NCBI GenBank assembly: GCA_030141605.1
Contig: JAQGDQ010000441.1
Coordinates: forward strand, 173,260-196,623
DNA length: 23,364 nt
Direction: 5' to 3'
Source: Tubiluchus corallicola
Lineage: Eukaryota > Animalia > Priapulida
Positions 21,215 to 23,364 of this stretch are shown here, piece after piece. Positions within the stretch are counted from its first letter, which is position 1. Every line of letters begins with the position of its first letter. The notes below the pieces were generated by a model. That model did no database searches, had not been told where the DNA came from, and saw nothing but the letters and a program-made list of their open reading frames with translations. Both the position numbers and the translations under genes were made by a program.

Positions 21215-21976
21215 TGTGTAAGTGGTATAAAAAGGCAGTGTGTAAGTGGTATAAAAAGGCAGTGTGTAAGCGGTATAAAAAGGCAGTGTGTAAGTGGTAT
21301 AAAAAGGCAGTGTGTAAGTGGTATAAAAAGGCAGTGTGTAAGCGGTATAAAAAGGCAGTGTGTAAGTGGTATAAAAAGGCAGTGTGTAAGTGGTATAAAA
21401 AGGCAGTGTGTAAGTGGTATAAAAAGGCAGTGTGTAAGTGGTATAAAAAGGCAGTGTGTAAGTGGTATAAAAAGGCAGTGTGTAAGTGGTATAAAAAGGC
21501 AGTGTGTAAGTGGTATAAAAAGGCAGTGTGTAAGTGGTATAAAAAGGCAGTGTGTAAGTGGTATAAAAAGGCAGTGTGTAAGCGGTATAAAAAGGCAGTG
21601 TGTAAGCGGTATAAAAAGGCAGTGTGTAAGTGGTATAAAAAGGCAGTGTGTAAGCGGTATAAAAAGGCAGTGTGTAAGTGGTATAAAAAGGCAGTGTGTA
21701 AGTGGTATAAAAAGGCAGTGTGTAAGCGGTATAAAAAGGCAGTGTGTAAGCGGTATAAAAAGGCAGTGTGTAAGTGGTATAAAAAGGCAGTGTGTAAGCG
21801 GTATAAAAAGGCAGTGTGTAAGCGGTATAAAAAGGCAGTGTGTAAGCGGTATAAAAAGGCAGTGTGTAAGTGGTATAAAAAGGCAGTGTGTAAGCGGTAT
21901 AAAAAGGCAGTGTGTAAGTGGTATAAAAAGGCAGTGTGTAAGTGGTATAAAAAGGCAGTGTGTAAGTGGTATAAAA
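21215..21976. repeat. 24-bp minisatellite, 31 full + 1 partial copies (TGTGTAAGYGGTATAAAAAGGCAG), ferritin B intron 2
   Basis: Head-to-tail units differing only at one C/T position; explains the four repetitive ORFs at 21128-22254. Confidence 0.98.
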
Positions 21977-22101
21977 TTTCAAAACGAATTTTGCAAGCTT
22001 TGTGTAAGTGGAGGGTTTTCTTGTGCTTTAAAGCTTGTATCACAAGAACAAGAACAAGAGTTTTAATTGTACAATTATTAGAAAAACGTGAATCGCGTCA
22101 C

Positions 22102-22248
22102 CTGAATGCTTTGAAGAATAACTCTTCCGCCACGTTGGTTCTGATATTTCATCAGCTTCTCTGCGTGCTCTCTCTCTTCATCAGCGGCCTTACACAAAAA
22201 CTCGTGGAATCCTGGGAAAGCGACGTCATCCCGGGCAAAATAGAAGGC
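22102..22248 (-). CDS. FTH1: Ferritin B exon 2
   Basis: ttaaag|[49 protein letters not shown]|gtgacg. Confidence 0.96.
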
Positions 22249-22469
22249 CTTTAAAAAGAATTTATTATTTTTATGTTAGTGGAATTTTAATTTTGTTGCC
22301 TTTCCTTCATTTTTACAGCATTATATAAAATTACAATTACATATAAGAGTCTTATAAAAAGATTTAAGATGAGCTATAAGATAAGATATAAATTCTTATA
22401 AAATTATTATGTAATTATGAATCACGAATTTTTTGATACAATTCACACTGAACCAAACTGTGAACTCAC

Positions 22470-22568
22470 CACGCTCTGATAGACGTAGCTGCAGTACAAC
22501 TCAAACTTAATTTGCTTGTTAATCAAAGTTTCAACCTCTTGGTGGAAATTTTGACGTATTTGAGACAT
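22470..22568 (-). CDS. FTH1: Ferritin B exon 1 (coding part)
   Basis: gctacgATG; [33 protein letters not shown]|gtgagt. Confidence 0.96.
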
Positions 22569-22652
22569 CGTAGCCGTGTTTATTATCTTTGCAAATTTAT
22601 GAAAATTTTGTTTCTTCACAATGTTATGAAATATTTTCGTCGTCAAGACAAT

Positions 22653-22680
22653 GTTCGTTCACACACTGATGAAGCAAAAC
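22653..22680 (-). promoter_or_regulatory. Iron-responsive element (IRE), ferritin B 5'-UTR
   Basis: Minus strand GTTTTG-C-TTCAT-CAGTGT-GTGAA-CGAAC; ferritin-type UGC/C bulge and CAGUGU loop. Confidence 0.95.
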
Positions 22681-22728
22681 AGTATCCTGACAGCAGTTGT
22701 ATGTATGAGGACCAAGTTACAAGGGCTC

Positions 22729-22736
22729 TTTATATA
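22729..22736 (-). promoter_or_regulatory. TATA box of ferritin B
   Basis: TATATAAA ~50 nt upstream of the IRE, the same layout as ferritin A. Confidence 0.78.
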
Positions 22737-22963
22737 CGTGCTAGCTGACGTTGCTGGAAGGGACAGAAACCTTGAATAAAAGTGCAGTCTCATTATTTGA
22801 TAATAAACAATAAGTATTTACATCGGAATGATATCGCTGGACTGACCTTATCAAGTCCACCTTATGCCATTATTTGCACGAATATCTTGCAAAGTCAGCT
22901 ATTCTCAGCGAGAATTAAATTGGGTTTTTGCAGAAATGCAGAAAAATAATACAATTATTACGT

Positions 22964-23364
22964 ACAAGTACAGTAAAATTAACCGTAACTTGTGACAAGA
23001 CAATATGTCGCAACAAGTACAGTAGAATTAACCGTAACTTGTGACCAGACGATATGTAGCAACAAGTACAGTAGAATTAACCGTAACTTGTGACAAGACG
23101 ATATGTCGCAACAAGTACAGTAGAATTAACCGCAACTTGTGACCAGACGATATGTCGCAACAAGTACAGTAGAATTAACCGTAACTTGTGACAAGACGAT
23201 ATGTCGCGACAAGTACAGTAGAATTAACCGTAACTTGTGACAAGACGATATGTCGCGACAAGTACAGTAGAATTAACCGTAACTTGTGACCAGACGATAT
23301 GTCGCAACAAGTACAGTAGAATTAACCGCAACTTGTGACCAGACGATATGTCGCAACAAGTACA
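22964..23364. repeat. 49-bp minisatellite, at least 8 copies, runs off the window (ACAAGTACAGTAGAATTAACCGTAACTTGTGACAAGACGATATGTCGCA)
   Basis: Head-to-tail units with period 49 and no spacers. Confidence 0.97.

Larger units (their letters stand above)
18131..22568 (-). other. FTH1: Gene span: ferritin B (cytosolic H-type/soma ferritin, 170 aa, 4 exons)
   Basis: Exons of 99/147/126/141 nt with the same phase-0 intron positions as ferritin A; ferroxidase ligands intact; no stops or frameshifts. Symbol means FTH1-like. Confidence 0.96.

Noticed and set aside
21215-21976. CAGTGT (IRE loop) in every 24-bp unit; GCTTCA..GTGA similarity of the 29-bp unit to the IRE stem
   Set aside because: Antisense to ferritin, intronic, and no 5-bp stem or C bulge can form.
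21128-22254. Four long ORFs (284-346 aa) with 8-aa repeats
   Set aside because: By-product of a stop-free 24-bp tandem unit open in several frames on both strands, inside ferritin B intron 2.

Overview
AT-rich, intron-containing eukaryotic DNA, most likely an invertebrate animal; no prokaryotic features. Almost all supplied ORFs are artefacts of repeats, exon fragments or decayed retroelements. I reconstructed three genes by hand from GT-AG splice sites. (1) The last four exons of a + strand gene encoding a TIR (TIR_2-type) domain followed by a C-terminal SAM-like domain, join(82..183,780..1010,1719..1865,3828..3976); its 5' part lies outside the window. (2) and (3) Two complete tandem cytosolic H-type ferritin genes on the - strand: ferritin A, complement(join(8390..8527,10295..10420,13608..13754,15315..15413)), 169 aa, and ferritin B, complement(join(18131..18271,19695..19820,22102..22248,22470..22568)), 170 aa. 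They are about 69% identical by manual count. Each has a TATA box and a canonical 5'-UTR iron-responsive element (IRE). Introns and intergenic DNA are packed with hAT-, Tc1/pogo-, Kolobok- and Helitron-like non-autonomous elements, LINE remnants, a foldback element, three large minisatellites (29, 24 and 49 bp units) and microsatellites. Most worth following up: a candidate HDV-like ribozyme in an intronic RTE-like 5' end, the TIR-SAM protein with the NADase-type Glu retained, a reciprocal charge swap at the ferritin 3-fold channel between the paralogs, and the conserved IRE plus flanking stem. I cannot claim a wholly new system from sequence alone.
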